A DNA stretch of 64,000 nucleotides from Mobula birostris (taxonomy: Eukaryota). Shown here piece by piece: positions 1 through 14,292 of the stretch. The stretch covers positions 90,362,491 through 90,426,490 of the forward strand of contig NC_092374.1 in assembly GCF_030028105.1 (NCBI RefSeq). Direction: 5' to 3'. Position numbers and translations under genes: made by a program. The notes under the pieces were generated by a model. That model was not told the origin of the DNA and did no database searches. It was given only the letters and a program-made list of their open reading frames with translations. Numbering within the stretch: the stretch's first letter is position 1; the number at the start of each line of letters is the position of its first letter.

Positions 1-357
1 TCATGAGTCCTGCGGACAAGGCAGGTTCTGGCTGGGATCGGCAGTAACGTCAAGTCTTCGAGGAATTCTTTACTTCAGGAAAGTTTCTCCCAATTGACTG
101 TATAAATCTGTTGGACTTTCAAATTTACCATTCTAAGAACTGTGTTCTAATTTACCACTTTAAGACTGTGTTTGCATTTACTGCTTTAAGAACTAGAACT
201 GAGTTTAGTGGTTTGTTAAATGGCTGCATAGCAGTTTACTTCCGGTTAAGGTTTTCGTTTGTTTATCTTTTTACTAACTTTGAGCAGAGTTTGATAAATG
301 TTTATTTGTTTATAAAACCTGACACATTTCTATATTCATTGTTGCTGGTCACGTGAC
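1..357. mobile_element. Possible 3' portion of an LTR (ends ...GTCACGTGACA)
   Basis: AT-rich U5-like sequence ending in TGACA just before a CR1 fragment; the other end is outside the window. Confidence 0.3.
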
Positions 358-379
358 ACCCTCCATTTTCCTTACATCC

Positions 380-810
380 ATGTGCCTACCTAACACATCT
401 TAAAAGCCTCCAACGTATTTGCCTCTACCACTATACCAGGCATCCACCACTGTCTAAGTTTTAAAAAAACTTATCTTCACATCCCCCTTAAACCTTCAAT
501 GCATGCCCTCTGGTGTTAGGCAATTCAACCCCAGGGGAACAGATACTCTCTGTCCACTTTATCTGTGCCTCTCATAATCATGTAAACATCTATTAGATTT
601 CCCCTCAGCCTCCAATGTGCCAGAGAAAACAACCCAAGATTAACCAGCCTCTCCTCATAGCATATACCCTTTAAACCAGACAGCATCCTCTTCTGCACCC
701 TCTCCAAAGCCTCAATATCCTTCCTATAGTGGGGTGACCAGAACTGTATGCAATACTGCAGTTGTGTTCTAACCAGGATTTTATAAAGCTGTAATATAAT
801 CTCTAGTTGG
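380..810 (-). mobile_element. CR1-type LINE 3' fragment
   Basis: ORF 525-989(-) contains [34 protein letters not shown], the typical CR1 ORF2 C-terminus. Confidence 0.85.
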
Positions 811-819
811 TCCAAAAGG

Positions 820-2315
820 GTGAATGTACGGAAGGCAGCTGGTCCGGATGGAATACCTGGCCGTGTGCTCAGAGTCTGTGCAGGGCAGTTGGCCGGGGTC
901 TTCACGGACATTTTTAATCTGTCCCTGGCCCAGGCAGTTGTCTCCACAAGCTTCAAGATTGCCACCATCATGCCACTACCATCATGCACTCACCCCCATC
1001 ATTGCAAAGTTCTTTGAGAGACTGGTTCTATCACATCTGAAATCCTGTCTGCCCTCTACCCTGGACCCTCATCAATTTGCCTATCGCACCAACAGGTCAA
1101 CAGAGGATGCCATCTCCACGGCACTTCACTCTGCCCTGACCCACCTGGACAGCCCCAACTCTTACATCAGAATGCTGTTCATTGACTTTAGTTCGGCATT
1201 CAATACCGTGAGCTCCTCCAAGCTGATCGCCAAACTTCGCCAGCTTGGTATCAGCGTATCACTCTGCAATTGGACCTTGGACTTTCTGACTAACAGACCC
1301 CAATCAGTTAAGTTAGACCAGCTCTCCTCCTCCACTCTCACCCTGAACACCGGCATGCCTCAAGGCTGTGTGCTGAGCCCTCTTCTGTACTCCCTTTTCA
1401 CCTATGACTGCATTCCCGTACGTGGTTCTAACTCCATTATCAAGTTCGCAGATGACACCACGGTGGTTGGCCTGATCAGAGGGGATGACAAGATGGCCCA
1501 CAGGGACGAGGCCGCATGGTGTGCCGACAACAACTTGGCCCTTAACACCCAGAAGACCAAGGAGATCATTGTGGACTTCAAGCATGCTAGGAGCCACACT
1601 CACGTCCCCATCTACATCAACAGAGCTGTAGTGGAGTGTGTATCAAGCTTCAAATTCCTTGGTGTCCACATTTCTGAGGATCTTACCTGGTCCCTGAACT
1701 CCTCCATCCTGATCAAAAAGGCGCAACAGCGCCTTTATTTCCTGTGGAGCATGAAGAAAGCTCACCTCTGTCCCAGGATACTGATGGACTTTTACCGCTG
1801 TACCATTGAGAACATACTCACCAACTGCATCTCAGTGTGGTATGGCAATTGTCCTGTATTGGACCGCAAAGCATTCCAGCGTGTTGTGAAAACTGTCCAG
1901 CAGATTGTCGGCATCCAATTGCCCACCATTGAGAACATCTGCCATAAACACTGCCTGAGCAGGGCGAAAAGCATTATCAGGGATGCATCTCACCCTAACC
2001 ATGGACTTTTCACTCTCCTCCCATCTGGTAGATGCTATAGGAGCCTCTGCTCCTGCACCAGCAGGCACAGGAAGAGCTTCTTCCCTGAGGCTGTGACCCT
2101 GCTGAACCTCACATCACAGCACTAAGCAGTATTGCACTAATATTGTACTGTGTCAGTACTTTTATATTTGTGTGCTGTAGCACTTACTTTTTATTTGCAG
2201 TTATTTTGTAAATAACACTATTCTTTGCATTTCTGGTTAGATGCTAACTGCATTTCATTGGCTTTGTATCTGTACTCTGTACAATGACAATAAAGCTGAA
2301 TCTAATCTAATCTAA
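820..2315 (+). mobile_element. Rex1/Babar-clade LINE, 5'-truncated, reverse transcriptase with frameshift
   Basis: [63 protein letters not shown]; AATAAA followed by a (TCTAA)n tail near 2290-2315. Confidence 0.92.
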
Positions 2316-3959
2316 AATGTTTCTTTCTTTGCTGTAGTGTTCTATGACTCTATTTAAAGTGTAAAATTTTATATATTACTTTGTTCTACTATGAACATCT
2401 ACATGAACCTGAATCTCAAGTTGGTATATGGTAACATGTATGTTATTTGAGAACATATTTAATTTGAACTTTGAAGTTAGTATGGATACAAAAGCCTGAC
2501 AGGATCTATCCCAAGCTATTGAGAGAAACAACACAGGAGATTGCTGGGACTTTGGTAGAGATCTTTGTATCCTCTTTACAGGTGAGGTCCCAGCAGACTG
2601 GAGAATAGACAGAAGGGCAATAGAAACAAACCACAAAATTATAAGCAGCTGAGCCTTACAGCAGTTGTAGAGAAATTATTGGAAGATATTCTTAAAGATA
2701 GGAACTACTCAGATCTGGGAAAGCATAGACTTAACAGGGATTGTCAGCATGGCTTTGAGGAAGGGAAGTCATGTCTCTCAAACTTGATTGTATATTTTGA
2801 CAGGGTAATTGATGAGGGCATGACAAAGCTTTTGACAAGGTTCCTCATTGAAGATTAAGACACATAGGAACCATGGAAACTTGTCCAGGAATGGCAGAAG
2901 CTCTAGAAAGGTGGTAAATACAGCCCAGACAGGAAAATCCCACCCCACCATAGAGTATATGTACATGGAGCGCTGCTACAAGAAAGAAGCATCCAACGTC
3001 AGGGACCCCCATCATCCTGTTCTCTCTACCACTATCAGGAAAGAGGTTCAGGAGCCTTAAGTCCCACACCACCTCACTTAGGAACAGCTACTACTCTACA
3101 ACTATCAAGATCCTGAACTAGCATGGATAACTTCAATCAGCAGTACCCTGAACTGATAGGAACCTGTCATAACCTGGGAGGATCTTATTGAAACCCATTA
3201 AGATCCTAAGGAGTCAAGCCAAGGCATATGTTGAGATGTTTTCACATGTGTTGAAATTTTCAATGAGGGAACATAGATGCAAAATAAGCAGCCAGTCATT
3301 GGAGACTGAGGGATTTAAGAATTTCTTTTTGCAGAGGGTGTCAAAAAAGAATTTCAGGGTCGTATGTGGTGACAAGTATGTGTTCTGATAATAAATTTTA
3401 CCTTAAGCTTAGAATTTTGGTGAATCTCTATGAATTTCCTCCCCAGAGGGTTCTAGAGACTGGATCACTGAAGGTATTTTAAGAAGCATACATAGTGGAG
3501 AAAGGATTTTCTTCTGTTTGGAAGTCTGTGACTAGTGGTGACATCGAGGACTTCAGTTCTGAGGCCTTTGCTGTTGGTGATATAAATTAACAACCTGGTA
3601 CAGATGTAGGAAAAAAAAAGAGCAACGATATGGATGGCATGGAAATTGGTGGTAGTGTGGATTGCACCAGAGCTTCCCAAGCCCACACCTGGATATAGAG
3701 CTGATGGGAAGTTTGATAGACCATTGGTAGGCAGATAATATTCATTTTATTGATGATAGAGAGGCCTAGGGGTCAAAATCCACAGCTCCATGAAAGTGAC
3801 ACCGCAGAGGGATGGGGTGAAGAATGATGAATATGGCAAGCTACTATTAGAGACTGGAACACAATGTGGTTTGAGACAAAGGAGAAACAAGAGAAAATCA
3901 CCAGATGCTGCAAATCCAAGCAACACACACAAAATGCTGGAGGAACTCAGCAGGTCAGG

Positions 3960-4980
3960 GAATAAAGGGAGCCTTTTCTGGTTGGCTGCAGTGACTAGTT
4001 GTGTTCCACAGGGGCCTGTGTTGAAACCAATGCTTTTTACATTATATGCCAATGATTTGGATGATGGAATTGATGGCTTTGTTGCAAAGTTTGTAGACAA
4101 TACAAAGATAGGTGGAGTGGCAGATAATTTTGAGGAAGTAGAGAGGCTAGACAGACCCAGACAGATTAGAAGAATGGACAAAGAAGTGGCAGATAGAATA
4201 CAGTGTTGGGAAGTGTATGGATAGGCACTTTGGTAGAAGAAATGAAAAGGTGACTTTTCTAATGGAGAGAAAATACAAAACTCTGAGGCGCAAAGGGACT
4301 TGCGAGTCCTTGTGCAGGATTCTCTAAATGTTAATTTTCAGGTTGAGTCTGTGGCGAGGAAGGCAAATGCAATGTTAGCATTTATTTCAAGAGAGCTAGA
4401 AGGATGTAATGTTGATACTTTATACAGCACTGATGAGGCCTCACTTGGAGTATTGTGAGCAGTTTTGGGTCACTTATCTTAGAAAGGATGTGCTGAAACT
4501 GGAGAGGGTTCAAAGGAGGTTCACCAAAATGATTCCAGGATTGAATGGCTTGGCATATGAAGAGCATTTGATGGCTCTGGGCCTGTATTCACTAGAATGT
4601 AGAAGAATGAGAGGTGAGCTCATTGAACTTATCGAATGGTGAAAGGTGTCAATAGAGTGGATGTGGAGAGGATATCTCTTATGGTGAAAGAGTCTAAAAC
4701 CAGGGGACACAGCCTCAGAATAGAGGGGTGTCCCTTTAGAACAAAGATAGGAGGAATTTCTTTAGCCAGAGAGTGGTGAATCTGTGGAAGTCGTTGCCGC
4801 AGGCAGCCATGGAGGCCAAATCATTATGTATATTTAAGGCAGAGATTGATAGATTCTAGATTGGTCACAGCATGAAGGGATATGGAGGGGGGGAGTGGAG
4901 GCAGTGGATTGGGGCTGAGAGGAAAGTTGCATCAGACATGATGAAATGGTGGAATAGTCTCAATGGGTCAAATGGCCTAA
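3960..4980 (+). mobile_element. CR1 LINE RT/3' fragment, degenerate
   Basis: VTSCVPQGPVL, LYANDLDDGIDGFVAKFVDNTKIGG, RPHLEYCEQFW, ERVQRRFTKMIPG across broken frames. Confidence 0.88.
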
Positions 4981-5004
4981 TTCTGCTCCTATACCTATGG
5001 TCTT

Positions 5005-5810
5005 ATTAAGTTTGCTGCAGACGTAACAGTGGTTGGCCTCATCAACTACAATGATGAGTTGGCGTACAGAGAGGAAGTAGAACAGCTTATGGATGGGTGC
5101 AAACACAACAATATGGACAAGACTGAAGAGATGATTGTGGATGTCAGGAAGGTGCAGGCTGACCACTCTTCTGTGGAATGAGGCAGGATTAACAAGTTTC
5201 TTAGAGTTCACATCACAGATGGTCTCACTTGATGCCTCAACACCACCTTTCCAGTCTAGAAAGCACAGCAGCACCTTCACTCCAGGGAGATTGAGGAAAG
5301 CAAAGCTCTCCAGCCCTATTCTAAACACATTCTACTTGAGCATCAACGCATGTCATGACCAGCTGTATCACCGTCTGGTATAGGAATAACAAGGTATCTG
5401 ACCACAAAGCCCTACAATGGATTGTGAGGACTGCTGAGGGAATCACTGAGGCCTCTCTCCCCCCACATCCATCTCACAATCTCTTTGATCTCCTACTGTC
5501 AGGCAGAAGGTACCACAGTATAAGAACAAGGACTGTTAGGCTGGGTAACAGCTTCTTCCCCCAGGCTGGTGAGACTTCTGAGCCCCCTGCTACCATTATT
5601 TATCACAGCGCCAGTAGCATTATACCTCTGTATAGTTAACTGTATGTTGAATATGCACTTTATGCCAATCTGTACATCTACAGAATTTTTTAATATCTGT
5701 TATTATTATTGTTTAGATATTATTTTATATGTTGCATGCACTGGTTCCAGAGCAATGCTGTTTTGTTTAGCTGTGTATGTGTATGGTTGAGTGACAATAA
5801 ACTTGAACTT
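5005..5810 (+). mobile_element. Rex1/L2-like LINE 3' fragment
   Basis: KFAADVTVVGLI-like motif; TSCITVWY; LLSGRRYHSIRTRTVRLGNSFFPQA. Confidence 0.75.
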
Positions 5811-5889
5811 CAATATAAGAGCTGCGATATAGCAACTTTATACAACACTGGTTAGGCATCTGTCTGTCTATCTGTCTATCTATCAATTG

Positions 5890-6135
5890 AGATGCTGTAT
5901 GGAATAGGCCCTTCTGGTCCTTTGAACCACACTGCACCCAGCAACCCCAAATTAACCCTAGCCTTATCATAGGACAATTCAGAATGATCAATTAACCTAC
6001 TCACTGGCACATCTTTGAATGCGGGAGGAAACCAGAGCACCCAAAGGAAACACATGCATTCCAGAGGAGGACATACAGACGCCTTAAGAGACACCGCCAG
6101 AACTGAACTCTGAACTCCGGCACCCCGAGCAGTAA
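5890..6135. mobile_element. SINE-like repeat; related copies at ~15130-15370, 19980-20240, 26920-27140, 44790-45020, 46020-46140
   Basis: Recurring GGAGGAAACC(A/G)GAGCACC / GTTTCCTCCCACAGTCCAAAGA core seen several times in both orientations. Confidence 0.7.
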
Positions 6136-6739
6136 TAGATAGATAGACATACTTTATTGATCTCGAGGGAATTTGGGTTTCGTTTCAGTTGCACCAAGCA
6201 AGAGTAGCGCAGGGTTAACCATGATGCCACTGTGGCTTCAGAGTATTATCTGCAGAACTTGTCACCCAATCATTGCAAGAACGTGGTTGTGCTAGAAAGA
6301 GTGTGCTGAGGAGATTCATCAAGGTGATGACTGGTTTGGAGGAATGGGATTGGCCGAGGTAATTTTCCCTGTAACGAAGGAGGCTGAGAGGCGACCTGAC
6401 AGAAGTCTACAAGATGGGATAAGTAGTCAGAATATTAGGCATATCAAAAACAAGATCATATCTAAGACATCTTCAAGGACAATGCCTCAAAATGGAGGCA
6501 TCCATTATTAAGAACCCCCATCACCCAGATCATGCCCTCTTCTCATTGCTACCATCGGGAAGGACGTACAGGAGCCTGAAGATACCCAATGATTCAGGAA
6601 CGGCTTCCCCTATGCCGTCCAATTTCTGAATGGACATTGAACCCATGAACATTACCTCACTACTGTTTTATATACATTTTTGCACTACTTATTTAACTAC
6701 TATATATACTATATAGGAATCTCACCCTTTATGGGTGGG

Positions 6740-7225
6740 GTGTATGTGTGTTTTTCCCTCAATCTCAGGTCCTCTACCAGATGTCTCGTATCCTTGCTGT
6801 TCCCCATAGTGCACTCATCTGGACCGAGATCTCAGATGTTGCTCCCAGGATTTGTTGGAGTCACTCTCCTTGTCCAGGTGTACAGCTCCAAGTGTTTCTA
6901 TCACCACTGGCATTACTCTGGCTTTAACCTTCCACATCCTCTCTATCTGCTCTTTCAAGCCCTGCTATTTCTCCAGCTTCTCATATTCTTTCTTCCTGAT
7001 GTTGCTGTCATTTGAAACCGCCACATCTATTACTTTTGCTTTCTTGTGTTCCGTGTCCATAATGACTATGTCTAGTTGGTTGGCCAGTACCTACTCGTCA
7101 GTCTGTATTTGGAAGTCCCACAGGATCTTCGCTCTGTCCTTCACTACCTTTTCGGGTGTTTCCCATTTGGACTTGGGAGTGTCCAGTCCATACTCAGCAC
7201 AGATGTTACTGTACACAATTCCTGA
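6740..7225 (-). mobile_element. R4/Dong(Rex6)-clade non-LTR retrotransposon 3' fragment (restriction-like endonuclease)
   Basis: Manual minus-strand translation: ETPEKVVKDRAKILWDFQIQTD*VLANQLDIVIMD...VIDVAV...KKEYEKLEK*QGLKEQIERMWKVKARVMPVVI. Confidence 0.8.
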
Positions 7226-8113
7226 AGCTTGGTTGTGCAACCTGGTTCAGTCACGAACAAAGGGAAATCTGCAGGTGCTGGAAATCCAAGCAACACACAC
7301 AAAATGCCGGACCAACTCAGCAGGCCAGGTAACATCTATGGAAAAGAGTGAACAAACAATGTTTTGGGCCACACTATAGATAGTCTTTATCCCAGGGTAG
7401 GGGAGTCGAATATTAGAGGGCAAAGATTTAAGGTGAGAAGAAAGATTTAAAAAGAATCTGTGGCCTGATATGAAAACACCAATGCCCATGAACAGAAAAG
7501 CCTACAGAAAATAGTGGATACAGCCCAGTCTATCTTGGGTAAAGCCCTCCCCAACACTGAGCACATGTACACGGAGTGCTGTTGCAGGAAGACTCGCTTC
7601 ATCATGAAGGAAGTACGGAAGTCTCAGGACCCACACCACAAGGTTCAGGTCCAGCCATCCTCAGACAACAGGCTCTTGAACCCCTGAGGGGATAACTTCA
7701 CTCACCCCAACACTGAACTGTTCCCACAATCTATGAACTCACTTTCAATGACCCTTCATCCCATGTTCTTGTTATTTATTGTTTATTTATTTATCATTAT
7801 TATTATTATTATTTTGTTTTTTTTTACTGTGAATGCCACAAGAAAATTAATCTCAAGGGCTACTTATACATGTACTTATAATAAATTGATTTGGATTTAC
7901 TCGGTGTGTGAAGTTTATTGTTAAACAAACACATTATGCACTTACCCCTTGTCGTAAGTGAACAAAGACCTCAGGTACTGAGAGGCATGGGTCCCAATGA
8001 ACACCGATGGGATTGTAATCTGACGTTTGATTTCCTCTGCAAAATTAAAAACATCGGCAATGGATTCTGTAAGTTTCTTCCACAGACAGAGCTTAAGGAA
8101 GCATACTTTAAGG

Positions 8114-8193
8114 CAGGGATTCCCAACCTTTTTTATGCCATGGACCCTTACCATTAATCAAGGGGTCTGTGGACCCCAGGTTAGGAATCTCTG
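8114..8193. mobile_element. 80-bp hAT-type MITE
   Basis: Imperfect TIRs CAGGGATTCCCAACCT / AGGTTAGGAATCTCTG; perfect 8-bp TSD CTTTAAGG at 8106-8113 and 8194-8201. Confidence 0.85.
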
Positions 8194-10436
8194 CTTTAAG
8201 GCCACTTTAATTGGCACCATACCAACCAGCACCAGCTTTTGGCTGCAAAGCCTTTCCCAGACCCTGACATTATAGATTCCTGGAGTTGCAAATCAATGCA
8301 AACAGGCTCTTCAGCCCATCTAGTCCATGCCAACCAAAATATCTATCTCTCCTGATCCCATTTGCTTGCATTTGGCCTATATTCTTCATTCCTATCCATG
8401 TTTCTGTCCCCGTGGCTTCTAAACATTGTAATTGCACCTGTCTCTACCACGTCCTCTACCAGTTCTTTCCACATAAACACCACATCTGTGTCAAAGAAAA
8501 ATTGTCCCTCAGATCCCTTTTAAATCTTTATTCCCTCACCTTAAATCTAAACCCTCTTATAAGCGACTTCTCTACCCTGGGATAAAGACTACCATATCTA
8601 TGCCCCTCATAATTCTATAAACTTCTATAAAGTTAACCCTCAGTCTCAGCCGATACAATCCAATCTTTCCTTGCAACTCAAACTCTCCAGTGCAGGCCCA
8701 TGAATCTCCTGTGATCTGTTGTGCTTCCTCTCGAGCTTAATCATATCCTTCCTGTAGTGTGGTAACCTGAATTGCAGACAATGGGCCAGGTGATTTGTAC
8801 AGCTGTCAACTGACATCTCAATTCCCATACTCAATGCCTCAGCCACTGAAGAAAGAATACCAGAGTCCTTCTTCACCATACCCTCTACCCAAGTCACCAC
8901 TTTCAAGGAACTATGTATTTGTCCACTCCGAGGATCATCACCTTGTCCTGGCGGAGAGGCTTGTGAGTTGCTGAGACCCCAAGGGCGATGCTGTCTGGAG
9001 CTTAGCTCCAGGAGGGTCACCCATGATGGTAAGGTCAAGGGGGAGGAACCAGACAAAGAGGAATTCAACTAAGACCTCAGCAGTGGAGGTGGCGAAAGAT
9101 AGTAACACATCACGATGGGAGTGAAGAAAAGCCGCAGCAGTGAAGGGTCCTCAGTAGTCTTGCACTCCATGCCACTGGACCCTGACCCTGATCCGTCAAG
9201 GACTGTGTGGTGGCTGCCTGAGCATCAACCTCCCCATGCTAAATGAAGTCATGCAGTGGCATTCTCCTTTAAGGGAATAACCCCGTATAGGAGAACATCA
9301 TACTCAATTTGAGAGATTGCACTACTTAGGATGCACAGCTCAATAACACTCCCCAGGAATCCTGTCAGTCATAGTCTAGTTTAACTTCCCAAATGCACTA
9401 CTTTGGACGAGTCTGAGTTAAATTCCATCTGTCATTCCTTGAGCCACTTTCTCAATTGATTTAGATCCTGTTGCACCCTGAAATAACCTTCACTGTCACT
9501 TTGCAACCAATTCTGGTGTCATCTGAAAAGTTTCTAATCACACCGCCTACTTTCACTCCAACAAACAATAAAGGATTCAGTACTGATCCCCATGGCACAT
9601 CACTGGTTAAAGTCTCTAATCTGAAAAGCACCCCCCCCCAACCAAATGCTGCCTCCTAATACCAATCTAATTTGCTGTATATCCTGGATCCCATGTACAC
9701 TAACCTCCTGTCCACCCTACCAAACCGGGCCTTATCAAACAACTTGTTAAAGTCTTTGTACTACTTGAACGTTAAAGGTTGAGTCACAGCTCAGAATTAG
9801 CTGTTTAATAACTGTTTAATTTTTAATTATATTTTAGCTTCATAAGGATAGTTTTGGGGACGAGAGGGGAGTCGTGATAAGTTTAGGGTTTTAAGGACTG
9901 GGATATGGGGGAATTAGAGGTCAGGCAGAGTCCAAGTCTCTGATCTGCATTCGAAGGCCAGCAACACAGATATTGGACATCTGTGGTCAGATACTGGATG
10001 CCTGGCAGCCCCGGATCAGTGAGTCGTCAGCAGGTTCCAGAGTCGGATCTCCATGCGGGCAGGAGGAACTCCTGGGTTTGTAAGAAGGTGAGACTGGAGT
10101 TCAAGGACTAGTGTTTGGGTCCCTGCCATCCGCAATTTTGGATTTCGGGGTCTGGTGTTTGGCATGTCCTAGGACCAGGCCTGTGGATGAATAACAAGTC
10201 CGGAAGTCAAGGCCCACTGGCGAGAGCCAAGCCTACGAATCTCCATGAGTCTGCCTGGGAAATCAAAGCCCAATGTCTGCAGGCTGAATCCGCATTTCCT
10301 GGAGGCATGTCCTGGAGCTAAAGGAGCGAGTATATGCAAGGCTGGGAAGGAGGAACAGGGCTCATTTTTTACTGTTGTGGCTTTGTTGCTTGTTGCATTC
10401 TGTGTTGTTCTGCTGAACAATGTGCAGCGACACTTA

Positions 10437-10889
10437 AGGCTGATTTATACTTGTGCATATGGGCTACGCCGTAGGCCTGATTTATACTTTTGCATAGCCC
10501 TACGCCGTAGCGAGCATGCGTAGTTGTGTCAGCATCGCTCTGCAATTCACCACCAAAACACTAGTTGGCAGTGGGTTTTCTATGCCATTGTGTTGAGTTT
10601 CTTTGTGAGAGACATGGACGAGGAAATGCATTTCAAATATTTTTGGATGTCGGCAGGTAGATTTGACGATTTGGTTCATTGTCTCCAACCATTTATTTCG
10701 CATTCGTGTACAGACATGGCGGAGAAAAGCAACCATAAATGCGATGCTACCAAGCGGACCAATCACAGTTGTTGCAGTCTGCGTTGCTGCGACACGTGAG
10801 TTACATTTTCAGGGAGGTGCATGTCACCCTACAGCGTAGGGCACGCGGTACCTATGGCGTACATTTGACGCAGAAGTATAAATTGGGCT
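10437..10889. mobile_element. PIF/Harbinger-like non-autonomous DNA transposon
   Basis: Imperfect TIRs AGGCTGATTTATACTT / AAGTATAAATTGGGCT with a 3-bp TTA TSD on both sides. Confidence 0.65.
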
Positions 10890-11654
10890 TTACAGGCTAT
10901 CCTCAGATGTGTTGGCTGTTCATGCAAACAATGCATTTCACTGTATGTGGCAACGTACAGTGACAAATAAACTTGAATCATGAACAATGTCCACTGGCCT
11001 TAGTAATCCTTTTTGAAAAAACTCAGTCTAATTCACTGGGCTTGATCTCCCATGAACAAAGCCAGCTGACTATCTTTAATCAGTCCCTGCCTTTCCAAAT
11101 GCAAATATATCCCATCCCTCACAATCGATTCTAGTAACTTTCCCACCACAAGGCATATAGTTCCCTGTCTTGTTCTTGCAGCTGTTCCTACATAAAGCAC
11201 AACATAAGCCACTCACCAGTCTTCTAGTATTGTGTGCAATTCAAGTCAACACAATAGTGAGAGGATGTGGTCAAGCTCGAGAGGATGCAGAACAGATCTG
11301 CAGGAATGTTGTCTGCACTGGAGGGTTTGAGTTACAAGGAAAGATTGCGTGGAGTTCAAGGCCTCTGCCAGGGCCCCACCAATCTCTTCCTTTGCTTTCC
11401 ACAACGGATTAAAGCACATGGATGAAAGAAAAATGGAAGACCATGTGGGAGGGACGGAAGAGATTGGTCTTGGAGTAGGTTAATGGGCTGGCACAACATT
11501 GTGGGCTGAAGGGCCTGTACTGCGCTGTACTGTCCTGTGTTCTAAAAGTGCTTTATCTACAGGTCAAGTCGAAAGTCCTGAGGATCTGGTGCTGAACAGC
11601 AGTGTGCAGGTGGCTACAGATTGGGAGCTCACTGCCAGTGACACAGAAGGGGAG

Positions 11655-12290
11655 GAGAAGATGGCAGCGTGACAAAGCACGCGCGGCCGCTCCGAAGACG
11701 CATGTGAGAAGCACAGAGGAACATCTGGAGAAACTTCTGAAATGCCTGCTTCACTGCCGCTGCTACTGTGCGATCGAGAATCTCCGGAGGGGAAGTCCCC
11801 AAATCCTCGGCTTTGTCTATTGCCTGTTGCTGGGGCCGGGGTTGAAGCGCTTGGCAGAGATGGTGCTCGGTGCTCGGTGTCAGAGAGCTGATCGGAGGCT
11901 CAAAGTTTTCGGACGGACTCGGAGTCAGACTGTGGTCAGGTGCTTCCAGGATGCTGCATCGGCAAGTTTGTGGCGCTGGAAGCTCATGGCAGGGAGAGTT
12001 TCTCCCTTCTACCGTCTGCGTGAGATTATGGGACTTTCGAGAGACTTTGCGACTTTTTTTTACCGTGCCCATGGTCTGTTCTTCATCAAATTACGGTATT
12101 GCTTTGCACTGTTGTAACTATATGTTATAATTATATGGTTTTTGTCAGTTTTTTTAGTCTTGGTCTGTCTTGTGTTTCAGTGATATCATCCTGGAGGAAC
12201 ATCGTATTATTTCTTAATGCATGCATTACTAAATGACAATAAAAGAGGACTGCGTGTCCTCATAATCTAATAATCTAATCTAATCTAATA
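11655..12290 (+). mobile_element. Non-autonomous retroelement with a Rex1-like (TCTAA)n tail, copy 1
   Basis: GC-rich head (GAAGATGGC...GCGGCCGCTCCGAA), AATAAA and a (TCTAA)n tail; homologous to 13610-14292. Confidence 0.75.
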
Positions 12291-12759
12291 GACCGCTTTA
12301 TTACCATGCAGTGATGCAGCATGTTAGGATGCTCTCTACTGCACGTCTGTAGAATGACATGAGTCAAAGCTATCTCCTGCGCATTATGTACGTCAGAGAT
12401 CATTCACTAGAAGCGGTAGTATCAGCAACATCTTGTTTCAGTTATAGTGTTGAAACTCACCACTGCTCCAGCGCATGCTGAGTAGTTCGTCTGATTCCAC
12501 ATTGTGCACAATTGCAGCCTTGTATCCTGCCAGCTGTGCCTGCAATACCTACAATAAAGATCCACATCGTATTTCTAAGATAGTAGATGCTTTAAAGTAC
12601 AGTCCCTTATTCTTTTTTCACCTATGTTATTCTGTTTTACATTTAAATATGAACCAGAATTCAACTGACAGTGAAATCCCCCCCAGGCCTCATAGGTCAG
12701 GGATCTCTGGAGTCTGACCTGCAAGGCCACGGGTTCCCACACCCTGCGACGGTGCTGAG

Positions 12760-13370
12760 TCAGACAATCATTGGCATTCATTTCGAGAGGGTCAGAATAC
12801 AAAAGCAAAAATGTATTGCTGAATCTTTATAAGGCATAGGCCAGGCCACACTTGTATTGTGAGCAATGTTGTACACCTTATCTAAGAAAAGATGTGCTAG
12901 CATTGGAGACGGTCTAGAGGAAGTTCACGAGAATGATTCTGGGAATCAAACTGTTAATGTACGAGAAGCATTTGATGGCCTGTACTCACTGGAGTTTAGA
13001 AAAATGAATATCGAATATTGAAAGGCCTATATAGAGTGGATGTGGAGAGGATGTTTCTAATAATGGGGGAGTCTAGGACCAGAGGGCAGTCTCAGAAAAG
13101 AGGGATGTCCCTAGAGAACAGTGATGAGGAAGAATTCCTTTAGCTAGTGAGTGGTGAATCTGTGGAATTCATTACCACAGACAGCTGTGGAGGCCAATCT
13201 CCTATTTGAAGCAGAGGTGATAGATTCTCGATTAGTCAGAACGGCAATGGTTATGGGGAGAATACAGGAGAATGGGGCGAGAGAGAAATAGATCAGCCAT
13301 GATGAAATGGTGGAGCAGGCTCGATGGGCCAAATGGACTAACTCTGCTCCTATGTCTTACGGTCTAAACC
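12760..13370 (+). mobile_element. CR1 LINE 3' fragment
   Basis: Homologous to the CR1 3' ends at 4300-4980 and 59257-59900. Confidence 0.8.
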
Positions 13371-13609
13371 AAGGATCTAAGGATAATGCGCCCGTTATAG
13401 GTAGTGCTCAAAGACCCGAGGACACATCCATGCAGCACAGAAACTTTGGTTTTGCACTTAGTCCCCAACATTTGGGAAGGTGGAAGGATTAAATGCCAGT
13501 GATCCAAGTCACCTTATGACCACTACCATGAAGCTACCTGTTTGGACAGGTAAGTACATTGGCAAATCAGCTTATTGTACCGAGATACAGTGAAAAACTT
13601 TCCAGAGAG

Positions 13610-14292
13610 ATTAGATTAGATTACATTAGATTATGAGGACATGCAGTCCTCTTTTATTGTCATTTAGTAATGCATGCATTAAGAAATGATACGATGTTCC
13701 TCCAGGATGATATCACTGAAACACAAGACAGACCAAGACTGAAAAACTGACAAAAACCACATAATTATAACGTATAGTTACAACAGTGCAAAGCAATACC
13801 GTAATTTGATGAAGAACAGACCATGGGCACGGTAAAAAAAAGTCTCAAAGTCTCAAAGTCTCTCGAAAGTAATCTTCCATAATCTCACGCAAATGGTTGA
13901 AGGGAGAAACTCTCCCTGCCATGAGCTTCTAGCGCCGCAAACTTGCCGATGCAGCATCCTTGTAGCAGCCAACCACAGTCCGACTCTGAGTCCGTCCGAA
14001 AACTTCGAGCCTCTGACCAGCCCTCCGACACGAGCACCAAGCACCATCTCTGCCGAGTGCTTGGACCCTGGCCCCGGCAATAGACAATAGGCAAAGCCGA
14101 GGATTTGGGGCCTTCCCCTCCAGAGATTCTCGGTCGCACAGTAGCAGCGTCAGCGAAGCAGGCATTTCAGAAATTTCTCCGTGCTTCTTCACATCTGTCT
14201 CCATCAAATCAGGATTGTGCACAGCCCCTATTTAACAAATACGATATCAATTCGGAGCGGCCGCGCGCGCTACGTCGCGCCACCATCTTCTC
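13610..14292 (-). mobile_element. Non-autonomous retroelement, copy 2 (inverted relative to 11655-12290)
   Basis: Its reverse complement aligns over ~600 bp to copy 1, including the (TTAGA)n tail at 13612-13630. Confidence 0.75.

Noticed and set aside
11602-12130. 171-aa and 147-aa ORFs
   Set aside because: They lie in a repeated non-autonomous retroelement, and the frames are not conserved in the second copy (13610-14292).
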